Source: a virus. From it: a stretch of 64,000 nt of DNA. The notes under the pieces were generated by a model that was given only the letters and a program-made list of their open reading frames with translations, ran no database searches and was not told the origin of the DNA. The DNA lies in the IMG/VR virus record IMGVR_UViG_3300021389_000015, positions 9,321 through 73,320 of that record. One strand, given 5' to 3'. The translations under genes and the position numbers were made by a program. Of the stretch, positions 1 through 10,318 are shown one piece after another; position 1 is the first letter of the stretch, and each line of letters opens with the position of its first letter.

Positions 1-188
1 CAGAAAATGTAGATTTTGATGACGAAGAAACTTTCGCACAGAAAGTAGCTCAATTAAAAGAATCATATTTTGCTAAAGCTACAAAGTCACAGGATGATAC
101 AATAGAAGAAGAAGATGCACCAGTAATGGTAACTTCAGATTCAATGGCGTCATACCTTAATGCAATCAAAAAAACTCAAGTTAAATAG
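1..188 (+). CDS. gp22: prohead core/scaffold protein, C-terminal fragment (5' truncated by window)
   Basis: Open frame ENVDFDDEETFAQKVAQLKESYF...MASYLNAIKKTQVK* directly upstream of the major capsid gene; T4-like synteny. Confidence 0.8.
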   Translation, partial: ENVDFDDEETFAQKVAQLKESYFAKATKSQDDTIEEEDAPVMVTSDSMASYLNAIKKTQVK

Positions 189-199
189 GAGAGCAAGAT

Positions 200-1537
200 A
201 TGAACGGTGTATCTTACGATAAGTTAATCGAAAAATGGAATCCTGTACTTTCTGAAGAATCAGCAGGTGCAATTAAGGACCATCACAGAAAAGCTGTTAC
301 AGCTGCAGTGCTCGAAAATCAGGAAATCGCTTTAAGAGAAGAAGGAATGATTAACGAAGCCGCACCTACAATGGCAACAGGCGCAGCCGCAAACTGGAAC
401 CCTGTATTAATCGCACTAGTCAGAAGAGCTATGCCTAACCTAATGGCATACGATATCTGTGGTGTACAACCAATGTCTGGACCAACTGGTTTGATTTTTG
501 CAATGAAGTCATTGTACAAAACAGCTAGAACTGGTATAAGTGTAAATGATGAAGCTTTATTTAATGAAGCTCAGTCAGGTTACTCAGGCGATTCTGCTAC
601 AACAGCACCAGCAGACGGATCAGGTTTATCTGGTCATGCAGACGGTGATGGTGATAGTTCAATTGCTGACTCAGCAGTATCTGTACTAGCCGGTCAAGGC
701 ATGACAACAGCTAACGCTGAAGGTTTAGGTTCATCAGGCCAAGGTCCAAATACAGCCTTTGCTGAAATGGGTTTCACAATTGAGAAATCAACTGTAACTG
801 CAAAATCAAGAGCTCTAAAAGCTGAATACAGTTTAGAACTTGCTCAAGATCTTAAAGCCATTCATGGTTTAGATGCTGAGACAGAATTGGCAAATATCTT
901 GTCAACAGAAATCTTAGCTGAGATCAACAGAGAAGTTATCAGAACTGTTAACTCACAAGCTAAAATCGGAGCACTACAGGCAAATACAGCTATTAACGGT
1001 ATCTTCAACGTACAGACAGATGCTGATGGTAGATGGTCAGTAGAAAAATTTAAAGGGTTAATCCTTCAAATCGAAAGAGAAGCTAACGTAATTGCAAAAG
1101 AGACACGTAGGGGTAAAGGTAACTTTATGATCTGCTCATCTGACACTGCATCTGCATTAGCAGCTTCCGGTATGTTAGACTACACACCTGCAATGTCAAC
1201 TAACTTACAGGTAGATGACACAGGTAACACATTCGCTGGTGTATTAAACGGCAGAATGAGAGTCTACATTGACCCATATTCAACAACAGATTATATAACA
1301 GTAGGTTATAAAGGCACAAATCCATATGATGCCGGTATATTCTATTGTCCATATGTACCATTAACAATGGTAAGAGCTGTTGGTGAAGAGACATTCCAGC
1401 CAAAAATTGGTTTTAAAACCAGATATGGTATGGTCTCAAATCCATTCGTAGGTAGCGCACCTGCAGACGGACTAGCAACTGCTAGAACTAACCAGTACTA
1501 CAGAAGTTTCAGAGTTGACAACATTCTTGGTGCATAA
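200..1537 (+). CDS. gp23: major capsid protein
   Basis: Motifs ICGVQPMSGPTGLIFA, AKSRALKAEYSLELAQDLKAIHGLDAE, YCPYVPL, FQPKIGFKTRYG. Confidence 0.98.
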   Translation: MNGVSYDKLIEKWNPVLSEESAGAIKDHHRKAVTAAVLENQEIALREEGMINEAAPTMATGAAANWNPVLIALVRRAMPNLMAYDICGVQPMSGPTGLIFAMKSLYKTARTGISVNDEALFNEAQSGYSGDSATTAPADGSGLSGHADGDGDSSIADSAVSVLAGQGMTTANAEGLGSSGQGPNTAFAEMGFTIEKSTVTAKSRALKAEYSLELAQDLKAIHGLDAETELANILSTEILAEINREVIRTVNSQAKIGALQANTAINGIFNVQTDADGRWSVEKFKGLILQIEREANVIAKETRRGKGNFMICSSDTASALAASGMLDYTPAMSTNLQVDDTGNTFAGVLNGRMRVYIDPYSTTDYITVGYKGTNPYDAGIFYCPYVPLTMVRAVGEETFQPKIGFKTRYGMVSNPFVGSAPADGLATARTNQYYRSFRVDNILGA

Positions 1538-1556
1538 GTATTAGTACTTAAAAATA

Positions 1557-1584
1557 AAGAGAGGAGTTTCGGCTCCTCTTTTTT
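1557..1584 (+). terminator. rho-independent terminator
   Basis: GAGGAG-TTTCGG-CTCCTC hairpin followed by a T-tract after gp23. Confidence 0.9.
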
Positions 1585-1586
1585 CG

Positions 1587-1594
1587 TATAAATA
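1587..1594 (+). promoter_or_regulatory. T4-type late promoter (gp55-dependent)
   Basis: Intergenic TATAAATA just after the terminator and 5 nt before the ATG at 1600. Confidence 0.85.
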
Positions 1595-1599
1595 GAATC

Positions 1600-2175
1600 A
1601 TGGCATTAACTAGTAACTTTAATTATCTACAACCAACTGGCTTTAAGTTGGTTATTGATAGAACTAACTATCCAAATCTTGAATTCTTTGTGCAAGATTT
1701 TACACACGCTGGCGTGATCATGAATACCGCAGATGTGGCATATAAGAAAGTAGCCGCAATTCCGTTTATCGGTGATAAACTCACATATAACGAAATGCTC
1801 GCTAATATCATATTAGATGAAGACATGAAGTCTTATAGGGAAATGCATACTTGGATGAGAAGAATACTAGATCAAGATAACATTACACCTGTAGATAGAT
1901 TTAGAAATAAAACACAAACACCGCCGGCGCAATCAGATATAACATTATCAATACTTAACAGCTCTAACAATCCTATAGTAAGAATTGTTTATAGAGATTG
2001 TATACCAACTGCATTAACTGATATTCAGTTTCAATCCACAGGCGGTGGCGAATCGTTTATAAGCTTTGGAGCTTCTTTTAGATTCACATATTTTGATATA
2101 CTACATAAAGATGCAACAACTGGTGGATTTGTAGATGGAGATTCTTTTTCTGTCACTGGCAATTTAACTAGTTAA
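1600..2175 (+). CDS. gp3: tail tube terminator / tail completion protein
   Basis: NYLQPTGFKL...LEFF...GDKLTY...DEDMKSY...SDITLSILNS pattern; gp23-gp3-uvsY-uvsW synteny of marine T4-like phages. Confidence 0.8.
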   Translation: MALTSNFNYLQPTGFKLVIDRTNYPNLEFFVQDFTHAGVIMNTADVAYKKVAAIPFIGDKLTYNEMLANIILDEDMKSYREMHTWMRRILDQDNITPVDRFRNKTQTPPAQSDITLSILNSSNNPIVRIVYRDCIPTALTDIQFQSTGGGESFISFGASFRFTYFDILHKDATTGGFVDGDSFSVTGNLTS

Positions 2176-2198
2176 TATATAATACTATTGGAGAGATT

Positions 2199-2645
2199 AT
2201 GATTGATTTGAAACAGATCCACAACATGTGGGCAGAAGACTGCACTATTAATAACACACAATTAGATGAAACATCTAAGCAAACCCCAGCATTACATTCA
2301 AAATATTTACAGTATTGGTCAACCGCCAAGCTTGAACTAAAACGTGCAGAGTTTGAGCAGAAAAAAATATTAAAAGATAAGTGGTTGTACTATAATGGAA
2401 AGATGGATCAAAAAACTTTAGATGATAAAGGTTGGAATCCAGATCCTTTTGATGGATTAAAAATATTAAAAGGTGAAATGGATTACTACTATGATAGTGA
2501 TCCGGAAATACAAAAGTCCGAAGAAAAAATTCAATACTGGAAAACCGTGAATGATACATTAACGGAGATAATAGATAATTTAAAATGGCGGCATCAAACT
2601 ATATCGAACATAATCAAATGGAAACAATTCGAGTCAGGAAATTAA
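2199..2645 (+). CDS. uvsY: recombination mediator UvsY
   Basis: LHSKYL, KWLYYNGK, WRHQTISNIIKW motifs; lies before uvsW. Confidence 0.88.
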   Translation: MIDLKQIHNMWAEDCTINNTQLDETSKQTPALHSKYLQYWSTAKLELKRAEFEQKKILKDKWLYYNGKMDQKTLDDKGWNPDPFDGLKILKGEMDYYYDSDPEIQKSEEKIQYWKTVNDTLTEIIDNLKWRHQTISNIIKWKQFESGN

Positions 2646-4093
2646 ATCATTCAACTATACACTTAAGGTGTGATAGGTCAATTAGCACAGAATTAAGAGA
2701 GTTCTTTTCTTTCTTTGTTCCGGGTTATAGATTTATGCCTGCATACCGTAATAGAATATGGGATGGAAAAATAAGATTGTATAATCAAACTACTGGTGAA
2801 ATACCTGCAGGTTTATTTCCACAAGTATTAGCATTTGCAGAATCAAGAGAATATGAACTTGAAATAGATGATTCTGAATATGGAAATCCTAATGAAGGAA
2901 ATCCAATTAACGCAGATTTTATGATGAAGTTTGTAGAAGCATTAAAGCTTCCTTTTAAAATAAGAGACTACCAGTTTGATGCGGTGTGTCACGGCATACA
3001 AAGAAAGAATGCCATACTGCTTTCACCAACGGGTTCTGGTAAGTCACTGATAATATACGTGTTAATGCGTTATCTCTTATCTGCATTTGAAGATAAAGAT
3101 ATATTAGTAATTGTACCGACTACTTCATTAGTAGAACAAATGTACAATGATTTTAAACAGTACGGCTATAATGTAGAAAAAAATTGTCATAGAATATATT
3201 CAGGTAAAGATAAGAACACAAGTAAAAGAGTTATAATAAGTACGTGGCAATCGATATATAAATTTCCACAATCATGGTTTGAAAGATTTGGTGCGGTGTT
3301 TGGTGATGAGTGCCATGGATTTAAATCAAGATCATTGACATCAATAATGAATAAATGCATTGAAGCTGAATACCGATTTGGTACTACTGGAACGTTAGAC
3401 GGTGCACAAACACATGAACTTGTTTTGCAAGGTTTGTTTGGAAAAATTCATAGAGTAACGAGCACACGACAATTACAAGATGATGATACATTAGCTAAAT
3501 TAGAAATACGTAGAATAGTATTACAACATAAAGAAGAAATAAGAAAAACATTTGGAAAGCAGACATACCAAGATGAACTACAATACGTAGTATCTCATAA
3601 ATCGAGAAATACATTTATAAGAAACTTAACACTTGATTTAAAAGGTAATACACTTGTACTTTATAACTATGTAGAAAAACACGGCAAACCTTTGTATACT
3701 TTAATTAAAGAAAAAGCTGAAGAAGACCGCAAGATTTTTTTTGTATCTGGAAATACAGCTGCTACCGACAGAGAAGCGATACGAGCTATAGTTGAAAAAC
3801 AAAAAGATTCTGTTATAGTTGCATCACTCGGTACGTTTAGTACAGGTATAAATATTAGGAATCTTCATAATATAGTATTTGCATCACCATCTAAATCACA
3901 AATTAGAGTTTTGCAAAGTATTGGAAGAGGATTGAGAAAAACTGATGACGGAAAATCAACTACACTATATGATATTGTAGATGATATAAGTTGGAAGTCA
4001 CGTAAAAATTATGGAATATTACATGCAGATGAAAGACTTAGGATTTACGGTAGAGAAAAATTTACACATAAAACTTATAGAGTGGAACTATGA
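2618..4093 (+). CDS. uvsW: DNA helicase UvsW (start probably METIRV at 2618)
   Basis: SF2 motifs SPTGSGKS, GDECH, GTTGT, GTFSTGINI, LQSIGRGLR; WDGKIRL. Confidence 0.95.
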   Translation: METIRVRKLNHSTIHLRCDRSISTELREFFSFFVPGYRFMPAYRNRIWDGKIRLYNQTTGEIPAGLFPQVLAFAESREYELEIDDSEYGNPNEGNPINADFMMKFVEALKLPFKIRDYQFDAVCHGIQRKNAILLSPTGSGKSLIIYVLMRYLLSAFEDKDILVIVPTTSLVEQMYNDFKQYGYNVEKNCHRIYSGKDKNTSKRVIISTWQSIYKFPQSWFERFGAVFGDECHGFKSRSLTSIMNKCIEAEYRFGTTGTLDGAQTHELVLQGLFGKIHRVTSTRQLQDDDTLAKLEIRRIVLQHKEEIRKTFGKQTYQDELQYVVSHKSRNTFIRNLTLDLKGNTLVLYNYVEKHGKPLYTLIKEKAEEDRKIFFVSGNTAATDREAIRAIVEKQKDSVIVASLGTFSTGINIRNLHNIVFASPSKSQIRVLQSIGRGLRKTDDGKSTTLYDIVDDISWKSRKNYGILHADERLRIYGREKFTHKTYRVEL

Positions 4094-4581
4094 CAGACGT
4101 AAAACAATTTAAATTAACAAACAATGACGAGATAGTTTGCGAAATTGCAGCTTGGAATGATGAAGAAACTGATGAAATAGTAATTAAGAAAGCACTCAAG
4201 ATTGTCAGCGTTGAGGATTACACACGTGGTATAAGATTTTTTGCTTTAAGACCATGGATATCTTTTCAAGATAATCCGGAAGAATTGCAATCTCTTAATT
4301 CAACACACATTATTGTAACGTCATCACCTACTACATCGATGTTAAAATATTATAATACTTGCTTAAAGGCAATAAAACAAGATCTTAAGAAACCCGGCGT
4401 ACCTCGTAAAGGTGTTTGGGCTAATTTGGATGAAGTAAATCATGAAACTCGTGATTTAACTGATGATGAACTTGATGATTATCTTACAAGTAAATACGGA
4501 AGCATGATTGAAGATGAATTTGACGGTGATTCCGCAAGTGGTAATGTAATAAAATTTAAACCTAAAGACACAATGCATTAG
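4090..4581 (+). CDS. conserved T4-like hypothetical protein (possible Sm-like fold)
   Basis: 163-aa ORF with N-terminal FKLTNNDEIVC, between uvsW and gp55. Confidence 0.55.
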   Translation: MTDVKQFKLTNNDEIVCEIAAWNDEETDEIVIKKALKIVSVEDYTRGIRFFALRPWISFQDNPEELQSLNSTHIIVTSSPTTSMLKYYNTCLKAIKQDLKKPGVPRKGVWANLDEVNHETRDLTDDELDDYLTSKYGSMIEDEFDGDSASGNVIKFKPKDTMH

Positions 4582-4614
4582 GGTATATCCCCTCTTCCTC
4601 AGATATACTATCTT

Positions 4615-4643
4615 ATTTTACCACACTTTTCAGCAAATGTACA
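4615..4643 (-). promoter_or_regulatory. sigma70-type promoter firing antisense
   Basis: Minus strand TGTACA-N17-TAAAAT with extended TGG; mirrors the plus-strand promoter at 4679. Confidence 0.6.
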
Positions 4644-4678
4644 CCGTTATTTTCGCTTCTTAAAAGAAAAAAAAGTAT

Positions 4679-4707
4679 TGTACATTTGCGTAATTTTAGT
4701 GTATAAT
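4679..4707 (+). promoter_or_regulatory. sigma70-type promoter (TGTACA class) for gp55-47-46
   Basis: TGTACA-N17-TATAAT. Confidence 0.75.
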
Positions 4708-4732
4708 AGTACTATAGAATAAAGGATTAACT

Positions 4733-5317
4733 ATGGCACGCAGAAAAAGCATCCACTATGTCAATAACGCGCAGTTTTCACAAGCGGTAGTTGACTATGT
4801 TGGACACCTCGACCAATGTAAAAAAGAAGAAATTTCTTTACCAAAAGTTCCAGACTACATAGCACAATGTTTCTTGAGAATAGCAGAAGGTCTTTCTCAT
4901 AAAGCAAACTTTATAAGATACACTTATAGAGAAGAAATGGTTATGGATGCAGTGGAAAATTGTTTGAAAGCTATATCAAATTATAATCTTGAAGCAGCAA
5001 CAAGAACAGGTAAACCAAATGCATTTGCATACTTTACACAAATAACTTGGTTTGCTTTCTTAAGAAGAATAACAAAAGAAAAGAAGCAACAAGAAATTAA
5101 AATAAAATATCTTACAAAATCTGGCATTGACAGTTTTATTGATACCGGTGATGAACAACAGGCAGTATCTGTTGCAACACACTTTGTTGATACACTACGT
5201 GATAGAATACAAAGAGTAAGAAGTACAGATGTAGAAATAAAAGAAATGGTCAAAAAAGAAAAGAAGAAGAGAAAAAGCAAAATTGCTGATTCAGATTTAA
5301 GTGAGTTTATGTTATGA
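4733..5317 (+). CDS. gp55: late transcription sigma factor
   Basis: HYVNN, IAEGLSHKANFIRYTYREEMVMDAVENC, NAFAYFTQI. Confidence 0.95.
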   Translation: MARRKSIHYVNNAQFSQAVVDYVGHLDQCKKEEISLPKVPDYIAQCFLRIAEGLSHKANFIRYTYREEMVMDAVENCLKAISNYNLEAATRTGKPNAFAYFTQITWFAFLRRITKEKKQQEIKIKYLTKSGIDSFIDTGDEQQAVSVATHFVDTLRDRIQRVRSTDVEIKEMVKKEKKKRKSKIADSDLSEFML

Positions 5318-6372
5318 AGATAGCGGTACTTAATGATACACATACCGGCATACGAAACTCATCAGAAATATTTTTAAATAATGCAGAAGATTTTTATAAC
5401 AACGTATTCTTTCCAGAATGTGATAAACAAGGTATAACACAAATACTGCACCTTGGCGATTTTTACGATCATCGAAAGTTTGTTAACTTTAAAGCATTGA
5501 ATCATAATCGTAGAGTGTTTCTTGATCAATTACGTAAACGCGGCATGACTATGGATATTATTCCTGGCAATCATGATACGTTTTATAAGAACACAAATGA
5601 ACTTAATTCATTAAAAGAATGTTTAGGTCACTACATGAATGAAGTCCATATTGTTATGGAACCTACAGTAATGCAGTATGATTCTTTAAGCATAGGTTTA
5701 GTTCCTTGGATTTGTCAAGATAATTACACACAATGTATGAACTTCATAAAAGAATGTAAAGCTGATTGGTTAGGTGCTCATCTTGAATTAAATGGTTTTG
5801 AAATGATGAGAGGTTTAAAAAATACTCATGGCATGGATCCTAAATTGTTTTCAAGATTTGAAATGGTATTAAGTGGACATTATCATTGTTCATCACAAAA
5901 AGATAATATCTGGTATCTTGGATCACAAATGGAATTCTTTTGGTCTGATGCACATGATCCTAAGTATTTTCATATAATTGATACTGAAACAAGAAAAATA
6001 GAGAAGATAAGAAATAATCACACTTTATTTGAAAAAGTCCTTTACAATGACGAAGAAATAGATTATAATAGTTATAATAAAGATTTAACTAATAAATTTG
6101 TAAAAGTTGTAGTTATGAATAAAACTGATCCTTTTACATTTGATAGATTTATTGACAATATTCAGAATCAAAAAATTTATGAATTAAAGATAGCAGAAAA
6201 CTTTAATGAATTTATTGGTGCTAATGTTGATGATGATAGTATGAACTTCGAAGATACTGCAGAAATAGTCGATACCTACATTGATGCGGTTGATACCGAT
6301 TTGGATAAGAACAAAATAAAAGTTGAAATGAGACAACTAATGACTGAGGCACAAGCACTAGAGATAGCATGA
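5314..6372 (+). CDS. gp47: recombination endonuclease subunit (Mre11/SbcD-like)
   Basis: Metallophosphoesterase motifs DTH, HLGD, GNHD, SGHYH. Confidence 0.95.
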   Translation: MKIAVLNDTHTGIRNSSEIFLNNAEDFYNNVFFPECDKQGITQILHLGDFYDHRKFVNFKALNHNRRVFLDQLRKRGMTMDIIPGNHDTFYKNTNELNSLKECLGHYMNEVHIVMEPTVMQYDSLSIGLVPWICQDNYTQCMNFIKECKADWLGAHLELNGFEMMRGLKNTHGMDPKLFSRFEMVLSGHYHCSSQKDNIWYLGSQMEFFWSDAHDPKYFHIIDTETRKIEKIRNNHTLFEKVLYNDEEIDYNSYNKDLTNKFVKVVVMNKTDPFTFDRFIDNIQNQKIYELKIAENFNEFIGANVDDDSMNFEDTAEIVDTYIDAVDTDLDKNKIKVEMRQLMTEAQALEIA

Positions 6373-8066
6373 TTATATTTAAACTTCTTCGTTATAAAAA
6401 CTTTTTATCTTCTGGTAATACATTTACAGAAGTAGACTTTACAAGAACTAAATCTACTTTAGTAGTAGGTCATAATGGTGCTGGTAAATCTACAATGTTA
6501 GATGCATTGTCTTTTGGTTTATTCGGTAAGCCTCATAGAAGAATAAGTAAAGCTCAGCTCGTTAATTCAATTAATCAAAAACAAGCATTAGTTGAAGTAG
6601 AGTTTACTATAGGCCGATCTAATTTCAAGTTAATAAGAGGCATCAAACCTAATATATTTGAAATATGGAAAGACCATAAGATGATTAACCAATCATCACA
6701 CGCTATGGAATACCAGAAGATCTTAGAACAAAACATCTTAAAGCTTAATCATAAAAGTTTTCATCAAGTTGTTGTGTTAGGTTCTTCCTCCTTCATACCT
6801 TTTATGCAACTTAATGCGGGTCATCGTAGAGATGTTATTGAAGATCTTCTGGACATTAATATTTTTTCTAAGATGAATGTTATATTAAAAGAAAAAAACA
6901 GCACCTTAAAAGATAAAGCATCAACTATAGTTAATAACATTGAGTTGTGTAAAACTAAAATAGAACAACACTCTAAATACATTCGTGACATTGCTGCATT
7001 GACTACAGAAAATAAAAAGAAATATGAAAAACAAATTCAAAGCGCAGATTTAAAAATACAAAAGTTACAAGAAAATAATAACATGTTAACTAATGAGCTT
7101 GATGCCTTTGGTGATATAGACTTAACATCTTTACAGAATAAAAAGAATGATGTTATAACATATAGAGCTGAACAAAAACAAGAATTGAAAACAGTTGCAA
7201 AGCGAGGTCTGTTCTTGCAAAGTAATGATGAGTGTCCTACATGCGAACAACCTATCCAGAATAAAGATAAATTAGTATTTGATACTAAAAATCAAGCTTA
7301 TCAGATCGAGTCAACTCTTAAATTAATTGAAAGTAGTTATATCGAAGTTGAAGCAGAAATGCAAAAATTGCAAGAAACTATTGCAATAGTAAATGGAAAA
7401 ACTAGTACTATTAATTCTAATAACAGAGAAATACAATCTTTAAATCAAAGCAATAACGATTTAAGATCATACCTAAATGAAGAAGTCAGTACAGACTTAA
7501 ATGTTGCTAGAAAAGAACTAGAAGATATTACTAATGACAAAGAAGACTTGATAGAAGAGAAACTTAAAGTAACTGAACAAATTAATTACAACGGCGTTAT
7601 AGCAGAAATGCTTAGAGACACTGGAATTAAAACTAAAATAATAAAGCAATACTTACCAGCAATTAATAAACTTGTTAACCAACACTTGCAAGTTCTAGAT
7701 TTCTTTGTTTCTTTTGACTTAGATGAGAGTTTTCAAGAAACTATAAGATCAAGATTTAGAGATGATTTTACATATGAATCTTTTAGTGAAGGTGAAAAAC
7801 AAAGAATTGATTTATCGTTGTTATTTACATGGCGTCAAATAGCAAAGATGAAAAACTCGGTTTCAACTAACTTGTTAATATTAGATGAAACCTTTGACTC
7901 ATCATTAGATCATGATGGTGTTGAAAATTTATTAAAAATACTAAACACACTTGGAGAAGATACCAATACATTTATTATATCACATAAAGGAGATATACTC
8001 GATGGAAAGTTTGATTCCAAGATTGAATTTGTAAAAGAAAGAAATTTCTCTAAAATGAAAATTTAA
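6369..8066 (+). CDS. gp46: recombination ATPase subunit (Rad50/SbcC-like)
   Basis: GHNGAGKST, CPTC zinc hook, FSEGEK signature, LILDE. Confidence 0.96.
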   Translation: MIIFKLLRYKNFLSSGNTFTEVDFTRTKSTLVVGHNGAGKSTMLDALSFGLFGKPHRRISKAQLVNSINQKQALVEVEFTIGRSNFKLIRGIKPNIFEIWKDHKMINQSSHAMEYQKILEQNILKLNHKSFHQVVVLGSSSFIPFMQLNAGHRRDVIEDLLDINIFSKMNVILKEKNSTLKDKASTIVNNIELCKTKIEQHSKYIRDIAALTTENKKKYEKQIQSADLKIQKLQENNNMLTNELDAFGDIDLTSLQNKKNDVITYRAEQKQELKTVAKRGLFLQSNDECPTCEQPIQNKDKLVFDTKNQAYQIESTLKLIESSYIEVEAEMQKLQETIAIVNGKTSTINSNNREIQSLNQSNNDLRSYLNEEVSTDLNVARKELEDITNDKEDLIEEKLKVTEQINYNGVIAEMLRDTGIKTKIIKQYLPAINKLVNQHLQVLDFFVSFDLDESFQETIRSRFRDDFTYESFSEGEKQRIDLSLLFTWRQIAKMKNSVSTNLLILDETFDSSLDHDGVENLLKILNTLGEDTNTFIISHKGDILDGKFDSKIEFVKERNFSKMKI

Positions 8067-8069
8067 ATG

Positions 8070-8098
8070 TGTACATTTAGTAAAAACTGTGGTATAAT
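8070..8098 (+). promoter_or_regulatory. sigma70-type promoter (TGTACA class) for gp45-44
   Basis: TGTACA-N17-TATAAT with extended TGG. Confidence 0.75.
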
Positions 8099-8125
8099 TA
8101 ACTATATAATCAGAAGGAGTATATT

Positions 8126-8803
8126 ATGCAATTAAGTGATTCCACCTTGGACATCCTTAGAAACTTTTCGTCAATCAATCAAAACATTTTGATTAAAGGC
8201 GGAGGTCCTATTAAAACTATCAGCGAAGCTCGCAATGTTGTGGCTAAAGCTGAAATACCAGAAACCTTTGACAAAGACTTTGGCATTTATGATTTAAACG
8301 AATTCATAGGTGTAACTGGTTTAGTCAATAACCCTAACCTAGAATTTAACAATGACTTTGTTATTATTTCAGATGAATCAGGTAGATCAAGTGTAAAGTA
8401 CTTTTACTCTGCCGAAGAAACACTAACAACACCGACTAAAGATGTTGCTATGCCAGAACCTGATGTAAAGTTTACATTAGATAATGACACTCTTAATAAA
8501 CTTAAGAAAGCTGCATCAACTCTTGGCCATAAAGAAGTCTTAATAAGAGCTAATAACGGTGTGTTAAGTCTGTCAATTGTTGAAAATCAAAATGCAACAT
8601 CAAATGCATATTCAATTGACATTGATGGTGAGTTTAAAGAAGATGCCGTCTTTAATTTTATTATAGATATATCTAACTTGAAAATTTTACCTGGTGATTA
8701 TGATGTTGAGATTTCCTCAAAATTAATAACACAATTCACTCATAAAGAGTTAAGTGTAAAGTATTGGATTGCACTTGAAAAATCGTCAACTTACGGAGTT
8801 TAA
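8126..8803 (+). CDS. gp45: sliding clamp
   Basis: MQLS..T..IL.NFSSINQ, FGIYDLNEF, YWIALE. Confidence 0.95.
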   Translation: MQLSDSTLDILRNFSSINQNILIKGGGPIKTISEARNVVAKAEIPETFDKDFGIYDLNEFIGVTGLVNNPNLEFNNDFVIISDESGRSSVKYFYSAEETLTTPTKDVAMPEPDVKFTLDNDTLNKLKKAASTLGHKEVLIRANNGVLSLSIVENQNATSNAYSIDIDGEFKEDAVFNFIIDISNLKILPGDYDVEISSKLITQFTHKELSVKYWIALEKSSTYGV

Positions 8804-8805
8804 TA

Positions 8806-9042
8806 ATGACAAGCAGTAACGACCAACTATTTGATCTTTCTAATAAAGCATCTAGAAGTACTATCGCTGTTATCGATGCGGTAACACAAAGAGGTGGCTT
8901 TAAAGGAGAAGAGTTATCTACTATCGGTGGATTGAGAGATCAATGCATTCAGATAGTTCAACTATGTGAAACTATTCAACAAGAAAAAGCAATGGAAACA
9001 CCAGCTGAAACACCAGCTAAAGAACCTGATGCTAAAAAGTAA
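8806..9042 (+). CDS. hypothetical protein
   Basis: 78-aa ORF (IDAVTQRGGFKGEELSTIG) in the operon. Confidence 0.65.
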   Translation: MTSSNDQLFDLSNKASRSTIAVIDAVTQRGGFKGEELSTIGGLRDQCIQIVQLCETIQQEKAMETPAETPAKEPDAKK

Positions 9043-9090
9043 TTACGCTTTATTGAATTTTATTTTTATTTGTTATGGAGAAATGCGTAA

Positions 9091-10029
9091 ATGTCTAATG
9101 AATACCTATGGGTTGAAAAGTATAGGCCACAAAAAATTGCCGATACTGTTCTACCTACTAAACTAAAAGAAACCTTTCAAAAAATAATTGATGGTGGTGA
9201 ACTACCAAATATGTTATTTACCGGTACTGCCGGCTTAGGTAAAACTACTGTTGCTCGAGCACTATGTAATGAACTTAACTGTGATTACATTTTGATCAAT
9301 GGTTCTGAAGAAGGCAACATTGATACACTCAGAACTAAAATAAAACAATTTGCTTCCTCGGTATCTCTATCGAGCGACTTTAAAGTTGTCATACTTGATG
9401 AAGCAGATTATTTAAATCCCCAATCAACTCAACCAGCTCTTCGTGGTTTCATTGAAGAGTTTTCTAATAATTGTAGATTTATTCTTACTTGTAATTTCAA
9501 GAATAGAATTATTGAACCATTACATTCAAGATGTGGTGTATATGAATTCAATACTTCTAAAAAAGATCTTGCACCAATAGCTTCTAACTTCATGAAAAGA
9601 TGTCAATCAATTCTTGAAGGTGAAGGTATAAGCTACACACAAATGGCTGTGGCAGATTTGATTATGAAGTTTGCACCAGATTGGCGTAGAGTACTTAATG
9701 AATTGCAAAGATACTCTGTAAATGGAAACATAGATGCTGGTATTATCAATATTGTAAGTGATAAAAACTATGATGATCTTTTCTCTTATTTGAAAAATAA
9801 AGATTTCAAAAAGATGAGATCTTGGGTGGTCAACAATATAGATACAGATGCTAGTGCAATTTTTAGAGCCATGTACGATAAGATGGCTGAAAAGGTTGCT
9901 CCTCAATCTATCCCGCAGTTGGTTTTAATCTTAGGTGATTATCAATATAAAAATGCTTTTGTTGCTGATCACGAACTTAATGTAGTAGCATGTTTAACGG
10001 AGGTAATGTCTGATGTACAGTTCAATTAA
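9091..10029 (+). CDS. gp44: clamp loader large subunit
   Basis: LWVEKYRP, GTAGLGKTT, ILDEAD, SRC. Confidence 0.96.
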   Translation: MSNEYLWVEKYRPQKIADTVLPTKLKETFQKIIDGGELPNMLFTGTAGLGKTTVARALCNELNCDYILINGSEEGNIDTLRTKIKQFASSVSLSSDFKVVILDEADYLNPQSTQPALRGFIEEFSNNCRFILTCNFKNRIIEPLHSRCGVYEFNTSKKDLAPIASNFMKRCQSILEGEGISYTQMAVADLIMKFAPDWRRVLNELQRYSVNGNIDAGIINIVSDKNYDDLFSYLKNKDFKKMRSWVVNNIDTDASAIFRAMYDKMAEKVAPQSIPQLVLILGDYQYKNAFVADHELNVVACLTEVMSDVQFN

Positions 10030-10318
10030 TTTAACCTTATACACACAAGATAATTGTGGTTATTGTCATCTTTTAAAGAAGAAACTCGCCGAATGGGACT
10101 TTAGGTATAGAGAAATAAATATAAGTTATGATCTATTTGCTAAAGATTTCATGAAAGAAAAAGGCCATAGAACAGTTCCACAGTTGTACTGGAATAACAT
10201 TCATTTAAATAAACTTCCAACAACAGAGCTTACTAAAGAACACATAGAAGCCGAGATTGATTATGATAACTACGTAGGTGGAGTAGAAAATTGGGGAACA
10301 ACAAGAGCATCGCAATAG
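10013..10318 (+). CDS. glutaredoxin
   Basis: CGYC active site and RTVPQ. Confidence 0.88.
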   Translation: MYSSINLTLYTQDNCGYCHLLKKKLAEWDFRYREINISYDLFAKDFMKEKGHRTVPQLYWNNIHLNKLPTTELTKEHIEAEIDYDNYVGGVENWGTTRASQ

